Positions 1 to 11,693 of a stretch of DNA of 64,000 bases are shown here, one piece after another; position 1 is the first letter of the stretch, and every line of letters starts with the position of its first letter. Location of the stretch: contig OZ024754.1 of the NCBI GenBank assembly GCA_964016885.1, positions 38,068,001 through 38,132,000 on the forward strand, given 5' to 3'. The translations under genes and the position numbers were made by a program. Under the pieces are notes generated by a model that saw only the letters and a program-made list of their open reading frames with translations, was not told where the DNA came from and did no database searches. This DNA is from Eledone cirrhosa (taxonomy: Eukaryota).

Positions 1-1214
1 TATGTGCGTATATCACTTTCTCAATATCATTTTCGTGTTTGAGTGCTGGTTATGAGAAGAGAAGTTTAACCGACAAGATATTGTCTGAGAGTATATGTGA
101 AGGCGGGCTTTATAGACAGCTGACTGTAATGATGCAGACTATATGTGTACGTGTTGCTGCTTGCTTGTGTAGATATAGAGAGAGAGAGAACGGGGAGGAA
201 GGAATGGAGGTTATAACGAAGAGGAGGTTGGTATGTGAGAAATAATGCGAGGGGCAAATTACTATAAATAGAGTTACAGTTGTTTAGCCCCTGAACGCTT
301 GGACCTATGACCAAGCTTTAACCAACTATTTTTTTGTGGGGAATAGTTTTACCCTGGACTACATTATCCAGTGTGTCTCTTGTAAGAAGGTTGGGTGTGG
401 TTTGAGGAAAGTTTGGCTTCTATTTCTACCAAGTCAAGCAAATACATAGAGGTTTTATCAATGCCTCGTAAATATTATAAGAGTTGTTGCTTAAATTAGC
501 AGAATTGTCAGAGCGTCGGATGAAATTCTGGTTTCAAATCTTGCCGAGGTCAACTTTGCATTTCATCTTTCTGGGGTCGATAAAATAAAGTACCAGTCAA
601 GAACTGAGGGAGGTATAATCGATTGTTCCCTTTCCCCATGAAATTGTTTGTTGGCCTTGTGCCAGAATTAGAAACCATTGAAGTTTAGTCCCATGTCGGC
701 CCCGATCGAAGTCAACTGTGATGAAAAGGCGTCCCAACTGCGACATTAGCGTCTTTTTTGCAGGCACAGGACGCTTATGACGACGTTATCTATCCTTCTT
801 TTCTGAGAGAGTAGGGTGGCTTGAACAATATATGGCTGCTATTTCTAACAGGTAGATCAACCGTCTCCATCATTAACTCATAATATTTATATATTTAAAT
901 GAAGTGTAAAAGATATAAGGTTATAAGATGATGTGGAGGGAGAGATTATCTATTTGATAGATGGAGAAATAGAAAGAAAATTACTGCCCGTATCAATTCA
1001 CAAAGCTTAAATTGGAGGCAGGGAGGGGTAACAATTGTTAGATTAGTTACTCATTATCTAAGAAAGTAATGTGATATTTAGGTTAATATACACAACAGTA
1101 AAGAACAAAACAGACAACAGAAATGATGGTACTAAAGCATAAACAAAATTAATTAGTAGATCGAAAAAAATTCTGAACACTAAAATATTCCATGGCCTTG
1201 ATTATGCATAATAA

Positions 1215-1611
1215 TAATTGTTTCTACAATAGGCACAAGGCCAGCAATTATCCCAGTGTATTACTGGTACTTTATTTTATCGACCCCCGTTAGGATGAAA
1301 GGCAAAGTTAACCTCGACGGAATTTGAACTCAGAATGGCAAGGGCCGTAACTCTATGCGTCAAAGCATGGCGTCCGACCCTCTACCGATACTGAATGATT
1401 TCTGGTATAGGCACAAGGCCAGTAATTTGGGGCGGGGGGGGGGTCGATTTAATCGACTCCAGTACGTTACTGGTGCTTTATTTTATCGATCCCGTAAGGA
1501 TGAAAGGCAAAGTCAACCTCGGCGGGATTTGAACTCAGATCGTAAAGGGACGTAACTATGCTGGAAAGCATGGCGTCCGATCCTCTACTGATACTGCCAA
1601 TCGACCGCCCT
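1215..1611 (-). mobile_element. Two tandem tRNA-derived SINEs (family A)
   Basis: Reverse complement of head gggcggt..tggcagtatcagtagag, B-box gttcaaatcc and core tttgcctttcatccttacgggatcgataaaataaagcacc. Confidence 0.85.
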
Positions 1612-1868
1612 TAATAATAATAATAATAATAATAATAATGAAATTATTGTGTACAGTGCTCAGGTGCACTACAACTCATCAAAGGCGCATGTATAGTACA
1701 TAGAATAATGTACAAATATCAGGAAAGTGAAGGGTGTGTCATGACTTACATGTGTGCATATGTGTGGAGGGGGGATATCAGGTGTAGTGTTGGCAAATTT
1801 CAGGAAGCATGGAGGTTTTAAAGGATGCAGTGTCTCGGCAGCCAACAACTGGTGCAGGTAGTTTGTTG
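1612..1868 (-). mobile_element. CR1-clade LINE 3' end
   Basis: Same 3' UTR and (ATT)n tail as the copies at 30876-31440 and 57782-58207. Confidence 0.8.
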
Positions 1869-2189
1869 ATCAATGGTAACACGCAGGAATCAGAAATCAC
1901 CTACATTCAAGCCCCTTATATAAAAATCCCCATGTAGATCGATTTTTTGGAGGAGGTATGATAGCAGGTTCTCTGGAGATTGAGGAACCTCTGAAAAAGA
2001 TAGCAGTTGGTGTTAAAGTTTTCTTCTTTGGATTGTGTGATGTGTTTTCGTGTGGAACAGGACGTTAAGAGTTTTACAGTTTCTTTGATTATTTTCTAGA
2101 TATTTTTCCACCCCATAAATATAGGTTCACTACATGTGTGTGTGTGTAGATTTACACATTGAATATTTAGACGTGTAAACATGCCAACA

Positions 2190-2935
2190 TCATGTATTTT
2201 GATTCAGCTTCTTGCTTTCCACCACTCATGAAAACGAACCCCAGATACTTGAACTTCTCCATTTGCTTCACTCACATGTAGAACGCATCCTACACTCGCT
2301 GGTCTTTGTACTACTTCAACTCAAACTACGTATGTCAATCCTGTTCATAAAGATTATGATCAGGAGAGGTGACAATACGCACCCTTGGCGGAGTCCGATA
2401 CCCTCATTGAAAAGTTTCCACTACGCACCATTTATTCGAACACAAATACTAGAGCATTAGCACAGGGATTTGAAGGTAATAAGAAGCTATCCGTCGATCC
2501 CATATTCTTACAGAACGATGTCGTATGCTTTTTCAAGGTATATGAAACAAGCATACACCTCTTAGCAATACTCTCACGATTTCTTGGAGACCTGCCGCTG
2601 TGTGATCATTTGGTCGTCTGTGCTGCGTCCTGAGTGAAAACCAGTTAGCCAGTTAGCTTGAGCTTGAGAATATCCCTACATTTCTTTGCCAGACACCTAG
2701 CTTAGACTTTATTGGAAAGGCTTAACAAGGAGATCCCTCTCTAATTGGAACGATCTCTCATGTCAATCTTTTTGAAAATAAAGATTATCACTTCCGATTG
2801 CTATTGTTTAGGTGCTTCTCTAGAGATTTAACCCACCCGGCACACACGAATCAACTACAGAATACCTTCTCTGTATAAGGATTTTAACATCCTCCCCTGT
2901 GGTCTTGCCATATTTGAGCTCTTTACTGGGCCAGT
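2190..2935 (-). mobile_element. Degraded RTE-type LINE reverse transcriptase
   Basis: Minus-strand remnants IFKK..RGISLLSL, YACFIYLEKAYD, GLRQGCVLSPLL and EKFKYLG, with many stops. Confidence 0.75.
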
Positions 2936-3199
2936 GCCGTTGTTAATGGTGGCAATAGCGTTGAACGTATTTAATTTTCAGAGTCCAGGATTGCTTGATA
3001 TATGTATGAACAATCATATAAACTTGAAATTTGCGTTTTGATAAAAAGCTGCAGCTAAATATCGCACGGAATTTTGTTCGATGCTTTCACGATTCTGCCA
3101 ATCCAGCGCTCACACTAGGAAGAGTGACTGGCGCAGCGGATGTCGCTGGCTGTTCTCCGCCGAAATGCCTTCGTCATTTTGTCCGCGGCGAGGCACTGC

Positions 3200-3230
<31 letters not shown>

Positions 3231-3234
<4 letters not shown>

Positions 3235-3428
3235 AAAGAGTATGACCCCGACGACAGAGCTCAAGCCGTTTCGACGGCTATTTCTGTACTCCAGAAAGAG
3301 CCGTCGAAACGGCTTGAGCTCTGCCGTCGGGGTCATATTTTTTCCTATTTCCCACTCTACTACCCTAAGTATTGAGTATTCTGGTGCGTTATGGTCCATC
3401 TGGTTCCTTACCACAATTCCTTTGTTAT
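3231..3428 (+). mobile_element. Short Penelope-like terminal element with inverted 5' arm, in (TA)n; second copy at 63837-63990
   Basis: ~50-bp inverted arms; hammerhead-like 3' half gccgtc GAAA cggc-ttgagctct-gccg TC ggggt; the ~100-bp tail is shared with 63837-63990. Confidence 0.55.
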
Positions 3429-3992
3429 ATATATATATATATACCACATAAACTGGGGTGTACAGTTTTACTTTCGCTATTTAATTTGTTCTATTTTTTT
3501 TTTTTTAATACGCAGATGTTGACTAATTGTTAAATTCTTTCTTTTATTTTAAAATAAAGTTTATTTCTTGGAAATTTATGGTGATAGGATGTGATTTGAG
3601 GGAAATCTAGCTACTATACCTAGCTCGGTTGTACATACGTGATATAGGTTGTCTTTTGAATGTGAGATACGTGTCTGTCGCCGTGGCATTTTAGGAAGTG
3701 TAACATTCAGCAATGCTGAAGGAAGTTGCAGCAGCAACAAGGGGTACAGGGAAGAGTTAATGCCTGCTGCCAACAAAATTCTGGGGATGGGGGTCAACAG
3801 CAGGAACCCAACTAACGGGGGAACCAATTCGTCATCATCAAAGATGAACTCCATAAAATGTTAATGTTAATGTTAATAAATCGTGGTGAGAGAGGGGTAT
3901 AAAGAGAAACGCGTGCCTGTATTACTTAGCCTTGCCGATATTATCACCGAATTCTGGCTCACATTTTCTTGGCAATAAAATCTATTCATTAT

Positions 3993-4220
3993 CCCGTCGA
4001 GGTTAACTTTGCCTTTCATCTTTACGGGGTCGATAAAATAAAGTACCAGTAATGCACTGGGTAATTTGCTGGCCTTGTGCCAAAAAGAAGAAACAATTAT
4101 TATTTAAAATCCCGCCGAGGTTAACTTTGCCTTTCATCCTTACGGGATCGATAAAATAAAGTACCAGTAATGAACTGGGTATTTGCTGGCCTTGTGCCAA
4201 AAAGTAGAAACAATTATTAT
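3993..4220 (+). mobile_element. Two 5'-truncated family A SINEs in tandem
   Basis: Repeated gaggttaactttgcctttcatc...ggccttgtgccaaaa. Confidence 0.8.
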
Positions 4221-5626
4221 TCAGATAATTTTGCGTGTTTTTGTTGTTGTTTTGTGTTTTTTTAATACCAGACTAGGAAGATGGCAGCGGCAGCGGTGTT
4301 GTTTAAATACCAGATCAACCTCTCATCGAGCAAGCCTATGATCAACGGCATTCCTGGCGTGACCACCCTTTATTTTTAGTAGACATATGAAACAGCAGAT
4401 CCATATAACGTGTTTGTTTTTGTTTTTTTCGTGGAGGAGGAGGGTTAATTTCAAAGTGATTTGGCTACTACTTTTAGCAGCTTGTGCGACAAGCGCCGTT
4501 TAAAAAGGGTGTCAGCTATATTTATCAGGGTGATGGCACTATTATTTATAGAAAAAAAAATACATACTGAATTACAGAAAAGAATTATATATTATGAATA
4601 AATGGTATGTATCACTGGTATATAAATGGAATAAATGGTATGTATAAAATGCGTGTGTATAACTGTCGTTCGTCTAATACACATATCAATGAAAACAGCC
4701 TTCCGCATTAAGTCGGTTTTGTGATTCCTGCTGCAACTGTCATATTTTTATGTATATTATCAGATTTATACTTGGTTAACCACGTCTGTGCGAGCGACAA
4801 CGAGGAAATCTCTAGCTTGTCACTCAGCCTTCTAGAAATAGCAGCCAAATCTCCGTCAAATCATACTTTAGAAAATGAAACGTTTAAGAAAATGTTCCAA
4901 AGTATATTGTCTGAAAATAGACAGGATGGCCATAGTCTAGAGCTAAGCAACGGTAACAACAATAGAGGGAACCTCTGCGTGGTCATTTAACCTGCTAGAA
5001 ACATCAACCAAATCTTCATCCATATCGTCTTTAAAAAGGAATAAATATACAAAATTGTATACTAAAAGACGAGATGACCATAAGTGGAATGCCTGACTTA
5101 GGCCAGTGGTGTGCAGAGGTTTTTTAATGCTCAAGACCAAATCCTTGACTGTTTTCCCCTAAAACCTAGTAGTGAGAAATATGAGAAAGGAAGACATTTT
5201 AAACGTATAAAAACAGATGCAACATGAAATAAATACTTCATTCAAACTAATTTTAAATCGACCATAATTATTAAATCTGGTTCCCGAAATGAGATCTTTT
5301 GTCGGAAAAATCTTACTTCGGAAAATGATTCATTTAAGAATGTGTTCCTAATCACACTGTCTGAAAATAGCCCGGAGTTAAGCAACAACAACAACAATAA
5401 ACGTGCCTCTATATGGTCGTTTAACCTGCTAGAAATATCAACCAAATCTCCCTCGATTAACACCATACCATCATTGCTTAAGTTTGTCCGTACATAAGCA
5501 TCGAATCTCAGTTTTTTTTTTTTTGCTTTTTTGTTTTTTATCTAGGCTGAAAACTGGGCGCAAATTTTGGATGGCCGCTGCGTTCAGTAGTTGTATTGAA
5601 TATACCAGGGCGTATCAAATAATTAT

Positions 5627-6025
5627 TTTTTCCATCCTGTGACGTTCGGTGGAGTTGGGCCGCTGACATCAAAGTTCTTGACTTCACTGGCGGCTCACCT
5701 TACTGAGGTGTCAGGTGATGCCCACGAGGGTGCCTGGTTATTTCAGCGCCTTCGCCATCACCCGTGGTAATGCTGCGAGCATGTTGGCTTGCCTGAAGGT
5801 GTGAAGTTAACCCATAAAGTGTGTGGTGTAGCCGATTATCACACTTGGTGGTGAATTCCCCCCCCCCTCCCTTTATCTTTTTTGTTTAATGAATATATTA
5901 TTGTGTTATTATACACGGTTTAGACATTTGAACGAATTGCGAGCAATCTATAATGTTATTTATGTATATATTTAAAACATATTTGCAACGTTATTCTACT
6001 GTAAATTTATACAATTGTAATAAAG
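5627..6025 (+). mobile_element. CRE-like (RLE-type) non-LTR retrotransposon 3' remnant; related pieces at ~15790-15960 and ~31540-31870
   Basis: Translation FGGVGPLTSKFLTSLAAHLTEVSGDAHEGAWLFQRL..AITRGNAASML resembles the QR.S.A.QRGNA C-terminus of CRE-clade elements. Confidence 0.6.
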
Positions 6026-7524
6026 TAGTTACCCCTTATTGAGAACTCTGTGTGACTCTTTGGTTGAATACCCCCACCACTTGCCCCGATATAGACGTCG
6101 GCGTCTGTCTCACCCTCGGCCCCACTGTGCGGTTATCTATAATTAGACGCAGGTATGACTGTATAGTTAACAAATTCGCCTCGCAATCATTTGCTTTGGG
6201 TGTATTTATACGGCCGTTCGACTAACTAGAAATAGCAACCAAATCTCCTTTAATGCACACCCAACCTACTTTAAGAGACCGCGTGGTTCTTGATATACAG
6301 TGCTTAGAAAATATGACACCGTAGCTACGGATGAAACTCCTTTCGACATATAGTTTGCTTGATCAGAGCCTGACCTGGGGTTAAACAAATCACAACCGCC
6401 ACCTATGAAATGAAATCAACATTTTTAGTTGATTTTTTAAAAATAAAACAACTTTGGAAAAATGTAGAGTTAGAGTGACCTCCCGTTGAATGTAATTCTA
6501 GTTTTTTGTTTTTGTTGTTGTTTTTTTCTATTGTAAAATCTTTATTGATAAACACAATTCATATATTATATTAGTATATAAACGCTATTCATATTTTTTA
6601 AAATCATATTTAAAAAAAGAGGAAAAAATGAGAGAAGAAACACTCCATCACATTACAATTAGGGATTCTGGAGTTTCCTTTTAATAAGATCTAGCTCCCT
6701 GTGTGGAACTCCATCGGTTACGACGACGAGTGTTCCAGTTGGTAGTGGTAGTGGTGGTGGTGGTGGTGGTGGTGGTGGTGGTGGTGGTGGTGGAGTTAGT
6801 GCTCATGCTACTGCTGGTTGTGGTAGTGGAGGAGGTGGTGGTGGTGGTATTTCTGCGGCTGCTGCTAGTTTAGTTGTTCAATAATTGATTTTTTGTGTAT
6901 TGCGCTTGTTCTTTTTTTAATTGATTCTTTGTGTATTGCAAGCTGCTACATATTAATGAACAAACAAACAACAACAACAACGAACATAAACCATTGAGGG
7001 AGCCTCTGCGTGGTCGCTCAGCATGCTAGAAGCAGAAGACAAACTTACCTCAAATCTCACCGTCTTGTATAACGGCTTCTGATTTTAGGTACAAGATCAG
7101 CAATTTCAAGAGAAATGGAAAGTCGATTAAATCGATCCCTAGTACTGTACTGATATTTTATTTTATCAACCTTGAAAGGATAAAAGGCAAAGTTAATCTC
7201 GATGGGATTTGAACTCAGAACGTAGGATGTTTTTATTAAATAATATATTTATATACATAAATAACATTACAAATTGCTCACAGTTCTTTCAGAATAACAT
7301 TCCAAATATAATGTCGTTGATAAACTCAAATATAAACTAACTATAAAGAAAGAAACGAAAAAAAGCGCAAGGGGGGCAAAAACGAAAACGACCATTAAGT
7401 GTGACAATTGGCCGGGCAAATTGTGACTAAATACCGTCGTATGTAATGGTTTCTAAATGTAAGCACATGGCCAGCAATTTTAGGGAGGTGCGGAGTCGAT
7501 AATATCGATCCAGTATTTTATGTG

Positions 7525-8000
7525 ATTCGTATGAAGGATAACAGCTGTATAAAAAGGTGCAGGATGATTAAAGTCGATGGAAGCTATGGAGAAGGAAGAC
7601 CTAGGAAAATTTGGGATGAGGTGATCAAATCTGATTTTGCACAATTGCACCTTTCAAAGTTCGAGATCTCTGGCGTTATGCAGTAATACAGAAGAGCTGC
7701 CTTCCCATGTGTACGGATTGAAGCATAGATCAAGCATGCACCACTTAGCTGCTATCCTTCTTCCCCCTTCCATAAACCTCGCATGCCCTAAACCCCCACC
7801 CACATTCTGATCACCCCACCTTTCTCCTAGGCCTTTACACCCATTACCCCTGTCCATAGTCCACACTGTAAAGTGGTCGTTATGGTGCCACAACAAAAAG
7901 CGCCTAGTCCACACTGTAAAGTGGTCATGTTAGTGTCGCAACAGTGTGTTTGGCGTTAGGAAGGTAAATAGCTGTTAAACGATGATGATGATGATGATTA
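7525..8000 (+). mobile_element. RTE LINE 3' fragment with long 3' UTR
   Basis: GRPRKIWDEVIKSD remnant, ccacactgtaaagtgg modules and a (GAT)n tail. Confidence 0.65.
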
Positions 8001-8003
8001 TGA

Positions 8004-8183
<180 letters not shown>

Positions 8184-8220
8184 ATAAAAGTCAAATGATT
8201 AAAATTTAGCTTCATTTATT

Positions 8221-8275
8221 ACTGCTATATATATTTCAGTGACAGCCATCTTTGGCTGTGACCTCTTCAGGCAGT
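8221..8275 (-). ncRNA. Type I hammerhead ribozyme motif (Penelope-like-element type)
   Basis: Minus strand: actgc CTGAAGA ggtcacagcc-aaagat-ggctgtcact GAAA tatata TA gcagt; 5-bp stem I, intact core, palindromic stem III. Confidence 0.6.
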
Positions 8276-8390
8276 TTGAATTAGTATGGTATAGACAAGT
8301 ACATATGTTGTTTAGGTGTATGATATTGTCAATACTCTGATATGCCCAGTTCCTGGTTGTGTTGTTATTTCACTGGGGAACTGGAGTCAT

Positions 8391-8436
<46 letters not shown>

Positions 8437-8443
8437 ATATATA

Positions 8444-8545
<102 letters not shown>

Positions 8546-8657
8546 TCATCATCATCACCAACGTTTAACGTCCGTGTTCCACGCTTGCATGGGTTTGGAC
8601 GGGGGTTTTCCCACTTGAGGCAAGAGTGATTGTCTTGCTCGCATAGGACTGTCTGAT

Positions 8658-8736
<79 letters not shown>

Positions 8737-8737
<1 letters not shown>

Positions 8738-9672
8738 TAGCAGCAGGACCCGGCGTTGCACGGGGTAAGAAACGTGAAATAGCAACACGCATATGCAAAG
8801 ATTTAGGAATGTAGCTGTGTACTTTTTGAATTCCCTCATTCATAGGGATTGATTGAGGAACGACGTAGTCAATTGTGTGAAAACCAAATAGGGATGTACG
8901 TTTAAGTATGGATATTGAGATGACGGAATCAGCGTGGCATAGTGCAATTAGCACATACGCTGACGGCACTGGATGCACTGCGTTTACATAGCAACAAAGG
9001 TACGACAAAAGGGGTCACCGCGGAATTAGCAGAACCGCTGTTCAGCGTAGTTGCGCAGGGTGTTCATACTGCAGTGTAGGTGCAACAAAAGGGGTCTTAG
9101 TAGTTTTACGGTGTCAATAACATGGCAACGTACACAGGGCCTGGATTTGAGCGTGATGAATGCACGAAGCGTCAACAGGGCGCCGACAAAAAATGTTAAG
9201 GTCCTCCTCATTTCCTCAATCTCCCTAAAATGGTCCTGCTTAAAAGTAAGTAAGTGTTGTGTCCTCTGTTAAATAAACCAAATATTTAACGAAATATTAT
9301 ACGCTACTTTCGATGTTTAAGTAGCGTTTATATTGAAAATGTAAATGGCATGTAATGCCCAATGTTAATTCGTAAATTTCCTAGAAACCATTAATGGAAT
9401 AAGAATTTTTTTTTTTTTTGTCCACAGTAATGCGAGGGGACTAACTAATGTGTGCCGCAAATTTCGAGGAAATCGGGTGGATTATCTTTAAATTACGCCT
9501 CAAAAAAGCCTTAAAATGCCTTTAAAATGTGGTGTTTCGGCTAGGGCAGAAAAAGTTAAAATCTTTATAGCACATTGCACTTCAAGAAATATAAGTAACA
9601 CATGTGCAAAGTTTGAAAAAAATCGGTCGGGTACTTCTCGAGTTTTAGGGATTTACACATACAGACATCGTC

Positions 9673-9680
<8 letters not shown>
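8737..9680 (-). mobile_element. Non-autonomous Helitron
   Basis: The minus-strand end has the hairpin cccgtgcaacgccggg shortly before CTAG|T (8740-8737). The other end, aaagtttgaaaaaaatcggtc...acatacagac...ttttatata, is typical of animal non-autonomous Helitrons. Inserted in (TA)n. Confidence 0.75.
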
Positions 9681-9753
<73 letters not shown>

Positions 9754-9850
9754 AAAGTTTTATTTAAATTGTTGGGATACAAGCAAATATTTTTATAACT
9801 GATATAAAGCACTCGACAAATATTTGGAGTAGATATACGATATTAATATC

Positions 9851-9898
<48 letters not shown>

Positions 9899-9900
<2 letters not shown>

Positions 9901-10099
9901 GTTATTCCGGGTTGAATCGGAGGTAACCACAGTAAGTAAGGTACTCAATACATAGCAGAGTATAAAAGTTTTAATATAGATGAGATTCTACAGGACTAGA
10001 ACTGTTTCATTCATTAGAAATCATCAGGATTCCTGATGATTCCTGATGATTTCTAATGAATGAAACAGTTCTAGTCCTGTAGAATCTCATCTATATTAA

Positions 10100-10103
<4 letters not shown>
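9899..10103. mobile_element. Penelope-like short element with ~62-bp perfect inverted repeat; family members at 26330-26522 and ~16540-16615
   Basis: Arms 9968-10029 and 10041-10103; the 9899-9975 segment is the reverse complement of 26445-26522; flanked by (TA)n. Confidence 0.6.
10038..10086 (+). ncRNA. Type I hammerhead-like motif; an inverted copy lies at ~9985-10033 on the - strand
   Basis: gattc CTGATGA t-ttc-taat-gaa-t GAAA cag-ttctagtc-ctg TA gaatc; U-U mismatch at the base of stem II. Confidence 0.55.
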
Positions 10104-10168
<65 letters not shown>

Positions 10169-10170
10169 TA

Positions 10171-10206
<36 letters not shown>

Positions 10207-10312
10207 ATTATATATAATTATATATCTATAATTATATACATATATATAATTATAAATATATAATTATATATTTATATATAATTGTATATATATATATATA
10301 TATATAATAATA

Positions 10313-10376
<64 letters not shown>

Positions 10377-10474
10377 ATTATATATATGTGTGAATGAAGT
10401 AATTCCGTCGGAAAGGTCCATATATTTTTATATTTTTGCTTTCAAATCCGCATTCAATAAAAACACCAAGATTT

Positions 10475-10534
10475 TTTCATTCTGACGACTGAAAGCAGAT
10501 TTGTTTGCTTTCAAGAAACCACTGGTAAATGAAA
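10475..10534 (+). ncRNA. Type I hammerhead ribozyme motif
   Basis: tttcatt CTGACGA c-tgaaagcaga-tttg-tttgctttca-a GAAA cc-act-gg TA aatgaaa; perfect 7-bp stem I, 10-bp stem II, GUA site. Confidence 0.68.
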
Positions 10535-10752
10535 TAATTATCTTATGTTGTTTATTACTTATATAATTATATATATATATATTCATAATTATATATATGT
10601 ATATGTATGTGTGTCTGCGTGTGTGTGTGTACATATATATATATATTTATATATATATATGTACATACATCGATACATATATACATGTGTATGTATATAT
10701 GTATGTACGTATGTATACAAAGATGTGAGTAGTCAATGCATATATTCCCTTT

Positions 10753-10827
<75 letters not shown>

Positions 10828-10955
10828 ATAAATAAGTAAGGAGTGTCTGTAATTTTAACCGTTGTTTATTGGAGTCACATGCTTTTGTTTGTCTCATTAT
10901 TGACCTCAAAGCTGGAACATTATTTGGCCATCTCCCTCTGTTTTCTTCACACACA

Positions 10956-11028
<73 letters not shown>

Positions 11029-11173
11029 ACACTCAATCTCTCTCTCTCTCTCTCTCCCTCTCTATCACACTCAATCTCTTTCTCTCTCTGTTTCTGTTTA
11101 TCTCTCTCTCTCTATCTATTTATCCATCTATCTGTCTGTATGTCTGCTTCGCTGTCTGTCTGATTATCTATCT

Positions 11174-11611
11174 ATGGTGGACAAGGTTGAAAGGGCTGAG
11201 GTCAGACACCTTTCTCTCCGGCCAACAACTGATTCTTTTTTTCAAATACCACTTTGGAAGAAGAATCAGGATGGAGAGAGAGGTGCTGTACCCCAGCAAG
11301 TTTTATGAAAGGTGGGTGAAAGTGGCGAGAATGGCCCGAGTGAATGGGCCTTCTCTCTATATCAGCCTGTAGGTTGAGGAAAAGGAGGAGGAGAGGAAAG
11401 GAGTACAAGCTCTTCGTACTCCTGGAGATGAGGGTTGCACATTTTTTTCGGGGGTCTGTGTTACCCATATAAACTGTCTCCCTCTATTGGGGAAAATCGA
11501 CTAACTTTTAAATTCCATCTGTGATAACATTTTACACGTTTTTATTGTATGTAAACTTCCCCCTTTGTATTTGTCCCCTTCTTTTGTGCCCCTGTGGCTA
11601 ATAAAGAAATA
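11174..11611 (+). mobile_element. Tx1/L1-clade LINE, 5'-truncated copy 1
   Basis: Almost identical to 13981-14420 (WWTRLKGLRSDTF...YISL*), AATAAA, (TCTA)n tail. Confidence 0.9.
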
Positions 11612-11688
<77 letters not shown>

Positions 11689-11693
11689 ATATC

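Larger units (their letters stand above)
279..7070. repeat. Cluster of about 8-10 degenerate copies of a dispersed repeat (core gatttgagggagatttggctgctatttctagcagg..accac)
   Basis: Similar blocks near 280-470, 680-870, 3585-3650, 4300-4500, 4800-5130, 5380-5470, 6210-6390 and 6990-7070; also ~19430-19590 and ~47550-47720. Confidence 0.6.
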
